From NCBI GenBank assembly GCA_963771175.1, contig CAVYSY010000021.1, forward strand, positions 192,001 to 256,000: 64,000 nucleotides of DNA, given 5' to 3'. The notes below the pieces were generated by a model. The model saw nothing but the letters and a program-made list of their open reading frames with translations, was not told where the DNA came from and did no database searches. A program made the position numbers and the translations under genes. This document shows, one piece after another, positions 1 to 10,504 of this stretch; the stretch's first letter is position 1; every line of letters starts with the position of its first letter. The DNA comes from an uncultured delta proteobacterium (GTDB taxonomy: Bacteria; Myxococcota; Myxococcia; Myxococcales; Myxococcaceae).

Positions 1-1
1 A

Positions 2-190
2 TCCACTTGCGAGCGTGTCCCCGAGCAGGACGTGGCGTGTGTCAATCGTGAGCTGGAACAGGGAAAACCGCTCGGAGCTTGGACTCCCACCAACAACTGC
101 CAGACCTTCGCTGCGGATGTACTCGAGCGCTGCTCGACGAAGGTACCGCCCCTGCCGGATACGCGCAGGCTCCACCCGGGTAAGATTTAG
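2..190 (+). CDS. 3' end of a gene entering from the left edge, with an NNCQTF motif (papain-like/LRAT-type or toxin-tip-like)
   Basis: Frame 2 is open from base 2 to TAG at 188-190 and reads STCERVPEQDVACVNRELEQGKPLGAWTPTNNCQTFAADVLERC...; not in the ORF track because it has no start. Confidence 0.55.
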   Translation, partial: STCERVPEQDVACVNRELEQGKPLGAWTPTNNCQTFAADVLERCSTKVPPLPDTRRLHPGKI

Positions 191-214
191 AGCCGGAGCT
201 TTGGAGGAACCACC

Positions 215-496
215 ATGAATGCTCCACACGTGCGGCGGAAGATGCTCGGCCTCTGGCTTTCCGTGCTGCTCCTGGTGCTTGGGCTGTTCTGGGGCTGGAG
301 TGCGATGAGCATGGCCGCGCTTTATGTGCCCCACTGCCCCACCTTCTCCTTGGATGCGCCGGTGCCTGGATGCCGGCACCCGGTCCAAGGACTTCTGGGC
401 GGTGGTGTGATGGCTGGAGCGGGGTTGCTCGGCTGCCTGTGGGCTGGGTACCAGCGTTGGAGGTACGCTCAGGGTTCCGTGACATCCCGCTCGTAG
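215..496 (+). CDS. Small two-TM membrane protein, hypothetical
   Basis: GGAGGA RBS before ATG; two hydrophobic segments separated by a loop with two Cys. Confidence 0.65.
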   Translation: MNAPHVRRKMLGLWLSVLLLVLGLFWGWSAMSMAALYVPHCPTFSLDAPVPGCRHPVQGLLGGGVMAGAGLLGCLWAGYQRWRYAQGSVTSRS

Positions 497-688
497 CTGT
501 GAGCGGACTCTGGTTGCGCGCCCCCTTCCCTTCAGGGCAGGGCCTCTGTGTGGGGCCGCACGAAAACCTCCCCGGAGTCCCAATCGCATCGTCCGGCCCC
601 AGACGGTCAGCCCGGCCTTGCCTCAATCCTTAAGTTCTGGAGGCAGGCACGTACTTGCTTTCGAGTGGCCTGCTGAGGGGGGTCTGAC

Positions 689-2296
689 ATGCGTTCTTTC
701 CTGCTGCTGGCCGTGGCTGGAGTCATGGCCCTCGCGGCCTGTGGCGTGTCCGTGGAGCAGCCACCCGTTTCCGCGGCTCCTCGGGCCTCGCTCCAACCGG
801 AGCGTCGCGGCATCGGCCTGCTGCCGCTGGAGGGCACCCGGACGATGCCGAAGTCGGCGTCAGAGGCAGATGAGCCAGTGCCAGAGGTGAGCCTGGACGC
901 TCGGCGCTCGCTGGCGGTGACGGATGAGGTCATCCTCGCGCGCTTCAGCTTCGAGGAGGTGATGAACCGGCTCGCGGAGCAGAGCGGCATCCCGGGCCTG
1001 ACGGGGCTGCGGCTCTACCAGGAGTGGTGGGACTCGCAGCGGCCGGCGCCGGGGCTGGGGCTGGGCGGGCCGCACTGCGATGACCAGAAACTCCCGGACG
1101 GGCTGCCGGGCTTCAATGGCTTCACCTATGCCTGCCCACGCGGGGAGGGCCTCCAGGCGGAGGAGAATCCGTTCCTCGAGCCCGGCACCAACCCCGCGGC
1201 CTACGTGCCCATCGGGCTCTTCAATCGCTTCGACCTGGCGGCGCAGGACGGGAGTGACTGCGGGGAGTACCGCATCGTCTTCGCGCGCCGATCGGGCATC
1301 TCCAACGCGCGAAGCCGCAACCTCATCGCTTTCGAGGGGGTTCTGCCCAACCCGAAGCCGAAGAAGGGGGTCCTCGGGTGCCGCAAGCTGGTGCGTTTCT
1401 GGGCCGAGCTCTCCCAGGAGCCGGACGCGGCGGTGCGTGCCGAGGCCTTGCACCGCTTCTACTTCGAGGGGCTCGGCGGTCACATCCCGCCCGTCATCCA
1501 CATCGACAATTACGGCAACGCCACGGACCGCTCCACCGGGCAGGTGCGCACCAACCAGTTCATGCAGTCCACCTGGACGCTGCGCGAGTTCCGCCTGCGC
1601 AAGCGCTGCACCGGTGACTCGTGCGTGATGCGCTTCGAGCCGGACACGGTGAAGACCAACCCGGCCGGCGTGCTCTTCAGCGCGGAGGCGAGCCACCCGC
1701 TGAAGGCGGACTTCTCGGCGGCGTTCCTGGACCAGGTGGAGGCGCTGGCGACCCAAGACGTGCTCCGCTACACCATGGCGATCGAGGAGCGCTTCAACAG
1801 CGGGCAGAGCCACTCGAGTGGCACGGAGAACCTCTACGTCCACCAGTTCGGCAACGGCCAGAGCTCGCTCCAGACGAAGCTCCAGCAGCGGCTCAATGAC
1901 CTGGGCAGCTCGCTCACTCCGGTGAACATCGTCGCGCGTGCGCAGACGCTCTCCTGCGCGGGTTGCCACCAACTCAGCACTGGCGCGAACCTCGGGGGCG
2001 GGCTCACCTGGCCCTCCAAGTCCACCCGCTTCACCTTCGTCCACGTGAGCGAGCGCACGCTGGAGGAGGGCCCGGACGGCCCACGCTACGGGCTCTCGGA
2101 GTCGCTGGCGGGCACCTTCCTCCCCTTCCGACAGCAACTGATGGAGGCCTTCCTCGCGAGGCGCCCTCCCTTCGACAAGCACCCGGACGACGACATCTGC
2201 TCCAGCCCGGATGCTCCCAAGGGGAGGGGCGAGAAGAAGGACAAGCCGGGCAAGGGCAAGCCCCCCAAGAATTCGTGCGAGGACGAGGACGACTGA
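689..2296 (+). CDS. Lipoprotein with a single CxxCH motif (possible c-type heme), hypothetical
   Basis: Lipobox LAAC; SCAGCHQ; GC3-rich codon usage; charged low-complexity tail. Confidence 0.8.
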   Translation: MRSFLLLAVAGVMALAACGVSVEQPPVSAAPRASLQPERRGIGLLPLEGTRTMPKSASEADEPVPEVSLDARRSLAVTDEVILARFSFEEVMNRLAEQSGIPGLTGLRLYQEWWDSQRPAPGLGLGGPHCDDQKLPDGLPGFNGFTYACPRGEGLQAEENPFLEPGTNPAAYVPIGLFNRFDLAAQDGSDCGEYRIVFARRSGISNARSRNLIAFEGVLPNPKPKKGVLGCRKLVRFWAELSQEPDAAVRAEALHRFYFEGLGGHIPPVIHIDNYGNATDRSTGQVRTNQFMQSTWTLREFRLRKRCTGDSCVMRFEPDTVKTNPAGVLFSAEASHPLKADFSAAFLDQVEALATQDVLRYTMAIEERFNSGQSHSSGTENLYVHQFGNGQSSLQTKLQQRLNDLGSSLTPVNIVARAQTLSCAGCHQLSTGANLGGGLTWPSKSTRFTFVHVSERTLEEGPDGPRYGLSESLAGTFLPFRQQLMEAFLARRPPFDKHPDDDICSSPDAPKGRGEKKDKPGKGKPPKNSCEDEDD

Positions 2297-2391
2297 GGAC
2301 ACTCGGGATGGGGCCGCTTGCCCCACGAGTGGCCGGGCGCCTACGGTGGAGGGGTCGCAATGGACCTCAGCCTCCATCCGTAGGAGGGAAC

Positions 2392-2694
2392 ATGAACGTT
2401 GCAGGCCTTCGAGCGATGGGGACCCGGTTCTTCCGCTACGTGCGTGACCCGCGCGTGCCGCTGTGGCGGAGGCTCGCGGGGTTGTTTGCCGTCATCTACT
2501 TCGTGTCGCCGTTGGACGCGCTGCCGGACATCCTGCCCATCCTGGGCTGGCTGGACGACATCGGCGTGCTGTCCGCGGCCGCCTTCTTCATGGTGCGCGA
2601 GGTGCAGCGCTATCAGCCGGAGCAGGGGTGGCCGCACAAGGTGGCCCCGGTGGACGAGGGCCAGGCCGCCATCCCCCCGCTCCGCGAGCGCTGA
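2392..2694 (+). CDS. YkvA/DUF1232 family membrane protein
   Basis: AGGAGG RBS, ATG 2392; YFVSPLDALPDILPILGWLDD motif. Confidence 0.9.
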   Translation: MNVAGLRAMGTRFFRYVRDPRVPLWRRLAGLFAVIYFVSPLDALPDILPILGWLDDIGVLSAAAFFMVREVQRYQPEQGWPHKVAPVDEGQAAIPPLRER

Positions 2695-2711
2695 GCTCGG
2701 CGGAAACTCCT

Positions 2712-2780
2712 CCTCGCCCTCCGGGAGAGCGGGACGGGATGAGACCCGTCCCCATGCTTCCCCTCCCGGAGGCCCGAGGG
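2712..2780. terminator. Nested inverted repeat between convergent genes (REP-like or bidirectional terminator)
   Basis: GGGACGGG/CCCGTCCC inner stem at 2731-2752, flanked by CCTCCGGGAG/CTCCCGGAGG arms. Confidence 0.55.
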
Positions 2781-2787
2781 ACTCCGA

Positions 2788-5377
2788 CTACCGCGTCGCC
2801 AGCGCGTCCACGTGCTGGCGCAGGGCCACTTCATTCTCCAGCCGCGAGCTGAGCCCGGTGATGGGCTGCGCGGCCTGGGCGATGCGCCCGCGCGTCCGCG
2901 GGCCCGCGGCCACGAGCCACGCCACGCCGAGGGCGAGCTCGGCCACCTCGGGTGCACCCCCGAGCTCGGGCACGAGCGCGAGCAGCGCCTCCACGGCCTT
3001 CTTCACCTGCGCGCCGTGCAGTGCATGGCTGCTGGTGATGCCCTGGCGCAGCAGCTCCAGCAGGGCGAGCGCGGTGGCACGGGCCTGGCGCACGGGCTCG
3101 GGGCCCGTGCCGGTGCCCGCCCACAGGCCACTGGCGAGCTGCTTCTCGAGCAGGCCCACTCCACCGTCGGCGGCGACCGACTCCTCGGCGACCCCCTGCT
3201 CCCTACGAACCGAGAACTGATCCGCCTGCTCCAAGAGGGCTTCATCGTCGTAGCTCGAGACATCCGCGGAGGCGACGATCTCCTGGGGCTCGGGCGCCGC
3301 CTTGTCCTTGAACAGGCCGCCGAGGAATCCGCCCTTCTTCTTCTTCTCCGCCTCCATGCGAGCCGGAGCGGCGGGCGCCGGGGGCGGGGGCGCGTACGAG
3401 GCGGAGGCCGGAGCGGCGGCCATGGGCATGGGCCGGGCAGGAGCCGGAGGCGGTGCACCCATGGGGAAGCCCGGGGCCGAGGCCTTCTGGAGCTTCGGAG
3501 CCGCCCTGCTGCGACGCACCGCTCCACCCGAGGAGGGCGGGAGCGCGGCGCCCTCCGCCTCCTCCTTGGCCGTGCCGAACATGGCCCAGCCGGCCGGGGC
3601 ATGGACGGGGACGACGCGCGTCTCCGGCTGGCCCGAGGCGCGGCGCTCGCCGGTGCGCTCCTCCACCACCACGAAGGAGGTGTACTGCGTCACGATGCCG
3701 TGCGCGAGCGCGAGCTGGACGATGCGCTCCTTGAGGGCCTGGGCGCGCCGGCCCACGAGCGCGGCGTCCTGCCAGGCGCGGATGCGCTCGGCGGCCCACA
3801 GCTTCTCCACCGCGGGCCGGTCGCTCTCGGCGGGGAAGCTCACGGGGATGGAGAGCGAGAACGTCTCCGCCCCGGACTTGCCCTTGAGCACCACCTTGCC
3901 CGTGCCGGGCGTGGTGTAGCGGCCGAAGAGGCTCCACGGCGTGCCGTCCACGAGCTGCGGCGGCTCGGCGGGGGCCAGCTCCGTGGCCTCCACGCCCTCG
4001 AAGCGCACCTCCACGCCGGTGACGCGGGGCGCGAGCGCGCGGGAGAACTGGGCCACCACCTTGTCGTCGATGCGCTCGCCGGGGTGGATGAACTCCACCG
4101 CGCCGCCCGTCTGCCGGGCCATGTCCTTGAGCAGCACGTCACTCACGTTGGTGCCGATGCCGAAGGAGTAGATGCGCGCCGTCTGCCGCGCCCCCATCAC
4201 CGCGTTGAGGATTTCGGACTCGTTGCCCACCTGGCCGTCGGTGAGGAGCACCACCACGCCGTCCGGCACGGCCCGCACCGCGGCCTGCATGGGCTGGAGC
4301 AGCTCGGTGCCACCGTCGGCGTGCAGCGCGGCCACCCAGCGGTCGGCCTGCTCCAGCGTCTTCTGGGTGAAGGTGACGGGCTCGGGCGAGAAGAGGCGGA
4401 TAGGAGTTCTCGAAGGCGATGATGTTGAAGCGGTCACCCTCGCGCAGGTGGCGCAGGCACAGACGGAGCGCGCCCTGGGCCTGGGGGAGGCTCTCGCCGC
4501 CCATGGAGCCGGAGGTGTCCACCACGAACACCACCTCCTGGCGCTTGGGGCCCGCGGCCATGCCCAGCAGGTCCGGCACCACGGTGAGGGCGAAGGTGCC
4601 AGGGCCCTCGCCCTTGCGGTGGGTGACGAGCGTGGTGAGCGGGGTGCTCGTGTCCGGGCTGCGCACGCTGAGCACGATGTCCCGGTCCAGCGCCACGTTC
4701 GGCTGGGAGAGCTTCACGCGCGTGCCGCCCTCGGCGCGCGAGACGTCCAGCTTGTGCGAGGGGCTCTCCACCACCACCTCGCGGCCGAGCGAGATGAGCA
4801 GGTCCATCGTGAGGCCGTAGCGCGCGTCGCCCACGGGCGGGGTGATGCGGTCCGCGTCGGGTACGCGGTCGGTGGGGTCGGCCGCGCCGTGGGCGGTGCG
4901 ATCGCCCTGGGGCTTGCCGGGGATGTAGCGGGGGGCGACGAGGGTGGGCAGGGCCCAGCGCACGCAGCCCTCCTCCACCTGGATGGCCTGGAGGAACTCC
5001 ACGTCCACCAGCGTCTCCTCGCCGGGCAGCAGGTTGCCCACCTGGGCGGTGAAGACGTTGGGGCGCTCCTGGTCGAGCAGCGCGGCGCCGTGGCCGGCCG
5101 TCACCGCGTCGTCATAGGTGCGGAAGGCCTCCTCGCGCTCCTTGAGGATGCCCTGCACGCGGCGCCCGGCGCACTCCATGGAGAAGGCGGTGAGGGTGGC
5201 GTCCGAGGGGAGGGGAAAGACGTAGACGGCCTCGACCGGCTTGGACTCGGTGTTGCGGTAGCGCTGGCGCACGCGCACCCGGGCGTGACCTCCGAGAAGC
5301 TCACCCGTGACGTCCACGCCCTGAAGGGGGACCTGCGCACCGCTCTGCGTGTACAGCCCTGCCTTGACGTTCTCCAT
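2788..5377 (-). CDS. VIT + vWA domain protein, one frameshift near 4400
   Basis: ORF 4139..5377 holds the VIT domain (VEAVYVFPLP) and MIDAS DTSGSM; ORF 2788..4437 continues the vWA (GGTE, LLTDGQV); removing one extra base near 4400 joins them. Confidence 0.85.
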
Positions 5378-5381
5378 GGCT

Positions 5382-5876
5382 CTACCTTTCCTGGGACTTC
5401 TGGATGAGGGCGCGCACGCGTTCGGCGAGCGCCCGGGTCTTCTCGTCCGCCGTGTCGGCGAGGTGCAGCTCCAGCCCCGGCGCCAGCTCCCATCGGCGCC
5501 AGCTTGTCACCCCATCGGATGGGGAGACAGACGCCTCGGCCTTGGCCGGACTCCTGGGGAGGACGGGCTCGGGGGCCGCGGGGGCGGGGGCCGCGGGGCT
5601 TTCGGGTTCGGTCTCGCCGAGCGCCTTCAGCTCGTCGGGACCCAGCCGCGTCAGCTCCACCTGGATGGCATCGAGCGGGAGGAACTTCGCCTGCAGGGCC
5701 CGGATGGCCTTGAGGCGCAGCAGGTGCTCCTCCCCATAGACGGTGTCCGGCCCCTTGAAGGGCGGGGCGGGCAGCAGCCCGCGCTGGACGTAATAGCGCA
5801 CGGTCCGCGGGGACACGCCCGCCTCCTCGGCCAGCTCCGTCAGCTTCCACTCCTTGCGTGTCGTTGTCGTGCTCAC
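5382..5876 (-). CDS. MerR-family HTH regulator
   Basis: LTELAEEAGVSPRTVRYYVQRGLLP; GTG start at 5876; ends 4 nt before the VIT gene start. Confidence 0.88.
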   Translation of the reverse strand: MSTTTTRKEWKLTELAEEAGVSPRTVRYYVQRGLLPAPPFKGPDTVYGEEHLLRLKAIRALQAKFLPLDAIQVELTRLGPDELKALGETEPESPAAPAPAAPEPVLPRSPAKAEASVSPSDGVTSWRRWELAPGLELHLADTADEKTRALAERVRALIQKSQER

Positions 5877-5883
5877 GGGACTG

Positions 5884-5912
5884 ACAGTAGGACTCGACAG
5901 TCGTTGTGTCAA
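5884..5912 (-). promoter_or_regulatory. Sigma70-type promoter, probably leaderless, for the MerR-VIT operon
   Basis: Minus strand TTGACA (5912-5907), 17-nt spacer, TACTGT (5889-5884); GTG start follows 7 nt later with no RBS. Confidence 0.7.
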
Positions 5913-6017
5913 GTCGTCACTGGTGATTCGTCACTGTCATGAAGACACTGGCGGGATGTAGGAGGCCAGGCGAGCAGGCTTGCACCGGGCGGAGTCGGGT
6001 GGGACAGAAGAGGGCCT

Positions 6018-6514
6018 ATGGACCAGACAGGCGGCGTGGACCTCTCCTCCATCCGGGTCATCGGGGCGGCGGTGACGCCAGCGGTGATGGTGTCCGCGTG
6101 CGGCATCCTGGCCACGGGGCTGGACAACCAGATTGCCCGGATGACGTCCCGTATGCGCGAGATGCTGCGCGAGTGGCGCTCGCTGCCGGAGGACCACCCG
6201 CGACGCGAGATGCTGCGCGAGGAGGTGGCCATCCTGGACCGGCGGCACCTGCTGCTGGCGCGGGCGATGGGGATGGCCTACGGGGCGCTCATCTCGTTCG
6301 TGGTGACGTCGCTGCTCTACCTGACGCAGCGGCGCTTCGCCGTGCCGGAGGTGCTGCCGGTGTTGTCGTTCTCGGTGGGCGTGGTGCTGCTGGGGTGCAT
6401 CGCGCTGTTCGCGCTGGCGTCGCTGCGGCTCGGACGGGACGCCATCGCGCTGGAGAAGCGCGAGATGTTCATGGACGCCGACGTGCCCGTGCCCACGGGC
6501 GAGCGGCGGGATGA
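6018..6514 (+). CDS. DUF2721-like membrane protein; stop probably TGA 6512-6514, out of frame by one base
   Basis: IGAAVTPAVMVSACG N-terminus and three TM segments; read-through to 7880 is antisense to the SPFH/NfeD genes; a hairpin starts at the TGA. Confidence 0.7.
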
Positions 6515-6539
6515 GCGCCTTCGTGCCCTGAGGCGCTCA
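6512..6539. terminator. Hairpin between convergent genes
   Basis: TGAGCGCCT-N10-AGGCGCTCA. Confidence 0.55.
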
Positions 6540-7298
6540 CTTCGGCTGCACGCCGAGCGCGCGCATCAAATCCAGGGGGATGGGGATGATGGTCTGGTTG
6601 CCACCCCCGGTGATCTCCACCAGCGTCTGCAGGTAGCGGAGCTGGAGGGTGATGGGGTTGCGGTTGAGCACCTCGGCGGCCAGGGAGAGCTTCTCGGCGG
6701 CCTGGTGCTCGCCCTCGGCGGCGATGATCTTCGCGCGCCGCTCGCGCTCGGCCTCGGCCTGCCGGGCGATGGCGCGCTGCATCTCCACCGGCAGGTCGAT
6801 GTGCTTCACCTCCACGTTGGAGACCTTGATGCCCCACGGGTCCGTGTGCGCATCGAGCACCTTCTGGATCTCCCGGTTGACGCGGTCGCGCTCGGAGAGG
6901 AGCTGGTCCAGCTCCACCTGCCCGAGGATGGCGCGCAGGGTGGTCTGCGCGAGCTGGCTGGTGGCATAGAGGTAGTCCTCCACCTGGAGCACGGCCTTGT
7001 CGGCGTGGATGACGCGGAAGTAGACGACGGCGTTCACCTTCACGCTGACGTTGTCCTTGGTGATGACGTCCTGCGGGGGCACGTCTCGCGCGACGGTGCG
7101 CATGTCGATGATGACGATGCGCTCGACGAAGGGGATGATCCACCGGAAGCCGGCGCGCTTGAGGCCCACGAAGCGGCCGAGCCGGAAGACGACGCCGCTC
7201 TCGTACTCGTTGACGATGCGCACGCCGGAGAGGAAGACGAGCACGAGGAGCCCCAGCGGGATGATCAGCCCGAGGGCTCCGAAGATGGTGTCTTTCAT
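6537..7298 (-). CDS. SPFH/band-7 (slipin, stomatin-like) protein
   Basis: [47 protein letters not shown] overlap with nfeD. Confidence 0.95.
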   Translation of the reverse strand: MKDTIFGALGLIIPLGLLVLVFLSGVRIVNEYESGVVFRLGRFVGLKRAGFRWIIPFVERIVIIDMRTVARDVPPQDVITKDNVSVKVNAVVYFRVIHADKAVLQVEDYLYATSQLAQTTLRAILGQVELDQLLSERDRVNREIQKVLDAHTDPWGIKVSNVEVKHIDLPVEMQRAIARQAEAERERRAKIIAAEGEHQAAEKLSLAAEVLNRNPITLQLRYLQTLVEITGGGNQTIIPIPLDLMRALGVQPK

Positions 7299-8650
7299 GG
7301 CTTTACCTCGTCGACGAAGAGGGTGAGTCCCTCCACGCGGCGCACCACCACGCGGACGCCGGAGGGAAGGGGAGTGGAGGAGACGGCGGCCCAGCGCTCG
7401 CCGTGGACGAACACCTCGCCACCGGAGGGCGAGACGGCCTCGAGCACGTGGCCCACCTCGCCCACGAGCCCCGCGTCTCCAGCGAGCTGGGGAATGCGGC
7501 GCGTCTGGGCGGCACGGAAGGCGAGGAAGACGGCGGCCCCGGCGACGAAGAGGGCGGTGGGGAGCACCGTGCCCAGGGGCACGCGCAAGGGCCTGTCGAC
7601 GAACCAGTCCGCATCGAAGCGGTCCACGAGGAACACGCCGCCGAGCACCAGCAGCACCGTGCCCGCGGCGCCGAGCATGCCGCTGGTGACGAAGAGCTCG
7701 GCCACGAGCAGCGCCACGCCGAGCAGCAGCAGGACGATGGCGCCGGTGCGCACGGGCAGCGCCGAGGAGGCGAGCAGGGCGAGCACCAGGCACACCACGC
7801 CGATGATGCCGGGGGCGGACAGACCGGGGTGGCTGAGCTCCACCGCGATGCCGAGGCCCGCGAGGAGGAAGAGGATGTAGACGACGGCTGGCTGGGCGAG
7901 GGCGTGAAGCAACCGCTGGGGAAGGGTGGGCGACAGCTCGACGACCTGGGCGTTGGCGGTGCGCAGCGTGACGGGCGTGTCCGAGACGGTGACGGTGCGG
8001 CCGTTGGCCCATTCGAGGAAGGCTTCCTGGGTGGGCGCGACGTGCTCGATGACGTTCAGCGCGAGGGCCTTCTCGGCGGGGACGCTCTCGCTCTTGCGGA
8101 CGGCGTTGATGGCCCACTCGACGTTGCGGCCGCGCTGCTTGGCGATGGCCTCGACGAAGGCGACGGCGTCGTTCTCGATTTTGCGGGCCATCTCCTTGCC
8201 GCCGGTCTCTTCCGGGTCCTGCCCGGTGAGCCCGACGACGGGGTGGGCGGCGCCGATGTTGGTACCGGGGGCCATGGCGGCGAGATGGGAGGCGAGGGTG
8301 ATGAAGACCCCGGCACTGCCGGCCCGGGCGCCGGAAGGACCCACCCACACCAGCACGGGGATGCGGGCGCCGAGGAAGGCGCGGACGATGTTCCGCGTGG
8401 ACTCGAGCTCTCCGCCGGGAGTGTCGAGCCGGAGGAGGAGCGCCTGATGACCAGCCTCCTGTGCGCGCCGGACGCAGTCGACGAGGTAGGCACTGGAGCC
8501 AGCGTCGACCATGCCGTCGAGGACGCAGCGGGAGATGACGGGAGGAGACGGAGCATCCACACCTCCGGCAGCCTGGCCGAGGAGCAGCATGCCCAGCGCC
8601 AGCGCCACGGTGGCCAACCGTCCGAATCCCCCACGCATCACGAACCCCAT
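7295..8650 (-). CDS. nfeD: Long-form NfeD membrane-bound serine protease
   Basis: [29 protein letters not shown] region, C-terminal [12 protein letters not shown]-fold; adjacent to slipin; start uncertain (8650 or 8638). Confidence 0.92.
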   Translation of the reverse strand: MGFVMRGGFGRLATVALALGMLLLGQAAGGVDAPSPPVISRCVLDGMVDAGSSAYLVDCVRRAQEAGHQALLLRLDTPGGELESTRNIVRAFLGARIPVLVWVGPSGARAGSAGVFITLASHLAAMAPGTNIGAAHPVVGLTGQDPEETGGKEMARKIENDAVAFVEAIAKQRGRNVEWAINAVRKSESVPAEKALALNVIEHVAPTQEAFLEWANGRTVTVSDTPVTLRTANAQVVELSPTLPQRLLHALAQPAVVYILFLLAGLGIAVELSHPGLSAPGIIGVVCLVLALLASSALPVRTGAIVLLLLGVALLVAELFVTSGMLGAAGTVLLVLGGVFLVDRFDADWFVDRPLRVPLGTVLPTALFVAGAAVFLAFRAAQTRRIPQLAGDAGLVGEVGHVLEAVSPSGGEVFVHGERWAAVSSTPLPSGVRVVVRRVEGLTLFVDEVKP

Positions 8651-8716
8651 CTCTGTGAACCGCTCGAACCAGTAGGCACCGGAACCCACCGTGTCGCCGG
8701 CCTGGAGGGCATCCGT

Positions 8717-10015
8717 TCAGTGCCTCACGTCCCACGCGAGCGGGATCTCCCCATCCAACAATGGGGGGGCCACCGGCTTCTCCTCGCTGAGTGCCTCCAG
8801 CAGGCGCAGCTCGTCGAGGAGGAGCCGGGGCATGAGGAAGTGGTGGCGGACGCGCTCCCGGCCGCTCTCGCCGAGTCCATGGGCCACGTCGGGATGGCGC
8901 AGGAGGTGGAGCAGTGCGTCCGCGCACTCCTCGACGCTGTCCACGAGGATGCCGCCGGTGCCTGGGGGTATCTGCATGGGGATTCCCCCGACGCGCCCGG
9001 CGACGACGGGAGTGCCCTTCCAGAGGGCCTCGGAGACGACGAGCCCGAAGCCCTCGCGCAGGGACTTCTGGATGACGACGTCGGAGAGGGACTGGAAGGC
9101 GTTGACCTCGACGTTTCCCACGCCGACGAGGTTGGTGAAGACGTGGATGAGCCGGTCGTCGGCGGTCGCGGCGCGGACCTTCTCGTAGATGTCCCAGGCC
9201 TCGGGGTCGTCAAGGGCCATGGCGCTGACGAGGGCGAGCTGGACGTTGGGCAGGTGCTGGCGCACGAGCCGGTAGGCGGCGACGACGCCGAGCGGGTCCT
9301 TCCACTTGTCGAAGCGACTGACCTGGGTGATGAGGGGGCGGTTGAGCCGGACGCCAATCCACTCGAGGATGTGGCGGGCGAGCTCCTGGGGGAGGACGAG
9401 GTTCTTGGGGCTGAGCGGGTCGATGGCGGGCGGGTGGATGGCGACGCGGCGGATGGGGAAGCGCGGGGGGATGAAGTTCTCCAGGGTGAAGACGGCGGCG
9501 TCGTAGGCGCCGAGGTACGGCGTGAGGAAGTCCCAGATGGCGGGGTTGGGGTGGGACGTGTCGATGTGGCAGCGCCAGATCCACTTGGAGCCGCGCTGGT
9601 GGACGAGCCCGGGGATGGCGGCGGGTTGGGGATCGTGAACGATGATGAAGTCGTAGTCCTCGGCGAGGTGGGGGGCGTTGAGCTGGGCGTTGCCGAGGTA
9701 GAGGGCCTTCTCGGACTCGGAGAGCTCGCCGGGGGCACCCTGCAGCCCGTTGTGGAGGCGCTTGGTGATTTGAAAGAAGGCGTCGTCGCCGCGGATGATC
9801 TTCCACTCGGCCTCCAGCCCGAGGTCCTTGAGGAGCGGGACGCAGGAGCGGAGGATCTCCGAGACGCCACCGCCATAGGAGGTGGCGTTGAGGTGGAGGA
9901 TGCGGGCGCCGCGCAGGCGCTGGGCGACGCGGACAAGCTCGTCGAGCTGCTCTTCGGGAGCGACGCCCCGGTAGGCATCGAGGGATCGGTCACCGATGTC
10001 GACGACGTCGAGCAT
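8717..10015 (-). CDS. treT: GT4 glycosyltransferase, trehalose synthase TreT-like
   Basis: [69 protein letters not shown]. Confidence 0.88.
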   Translation of the reverse strand: MLDVVDIGDRSLDAYRGVAPEEQLDELVRVAQRLRGARILHLNATSYGGGVSEILRSCVPLLKDLGLEAEWKIIRGDDAFFQITKRLHNGLQGAPGELSESEKALYLGNAQLNAPHLAEDYDFIIVHDPQPAAIPGLVHQRGSKWIWRCHIDTSHPNPAIWDFLTPYLGAYDAAVFTLENFIPPRFPIRRVAIHPPAIDPLSPKNLVLPQELARHILEWIGVRLNRPLITQVSRFDKWKDPLGVVAAYRLVRQHLPNVQLALVSAMALDDPEAWDIYEKVRAATADDRLIHVFTNLVGVGNVEVNAFQSLSDVVIQKSLREGFGLVVSEALWKGTPVVAGRVGGIPMQIPPGTGGILVDSVEECADALLHLLRHPDVAHGLGESGRERVRHHFLMPRLLLDELRLLEALSEEKPVAPPLLDGEIPLAWDVRH

Positions 10016-10232
10016 GAGGGCTCCTTTCCGAGAGGATGCGACTCCAAGGGCAAGGTGACGACGGTGGGGCAGGAGGTGGGGGGAGTCGCTCGGTGGGAGG
10101 GATGGAGGGCATTGGAGAGAGCGCCTCGCCGGGGGGCGTGCATCCGGTGGCGGACGGAGCGGAGCGGGTGCGCGTTGCGGTGGCGGGAGGGGCTCCCTAC
10201 GGTGGGGGGCTCTTTGGACGGAGGAGGTTCCC

Positions 10233-10433
10233 ATGCGCCGTGCCCTGCTCATCGTGGCGGGAGTGCTCGTTGGCTTCCTGGCCTGCCGGACGACCCAGCC
10301 ACCCGGGACGGAGAACCGGGAGCCCCTCGAGGACCCAGGGCAGCGGGAGGAGATTCAGAACGTGCCAGCGGAGCCACCGGGGCCCGCGGGTCCGCTGACG
10401 GAGCCGGACGCCGGAACGCCGCCGAGCGAGTAA
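10233..10433 (+). CDS. Small Pro-rich lipoprotein
   Basis: GGAGGAGG RBS; signal peptide with FLAC lipobox. Confidence 0.7.
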   Translation: MRRALLIVAGVLVGFLACRTTQPPGTENREPLEDPGQREEIQNVPAEPPGPAGPLTEPDAGTPPSE

Positions 10434-10504
10434 TCGCCCCTCCCTTCCCTCCAACACAGTCCCCGTGACAGCCGAGAGCGGCTGGCGCACAGTGGCGCCC
10501 GTCG

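Noticed and set aside
6515..7880. C-terminal extension of the 620-aa ORF 6018..7880
   Set aside because: Antisense to slipin/nfeD; best explained by a one-base error before TGA 6512
7403..10468. 1021-aa plus-strand ORF and similar long ORFs (e.g. 24573..27227, 39380..41944, 57124..59265)
   Set aside because: Antisense shadows of clear genes; stop codons are scarce in high-GC DNA and the translations show no motifs
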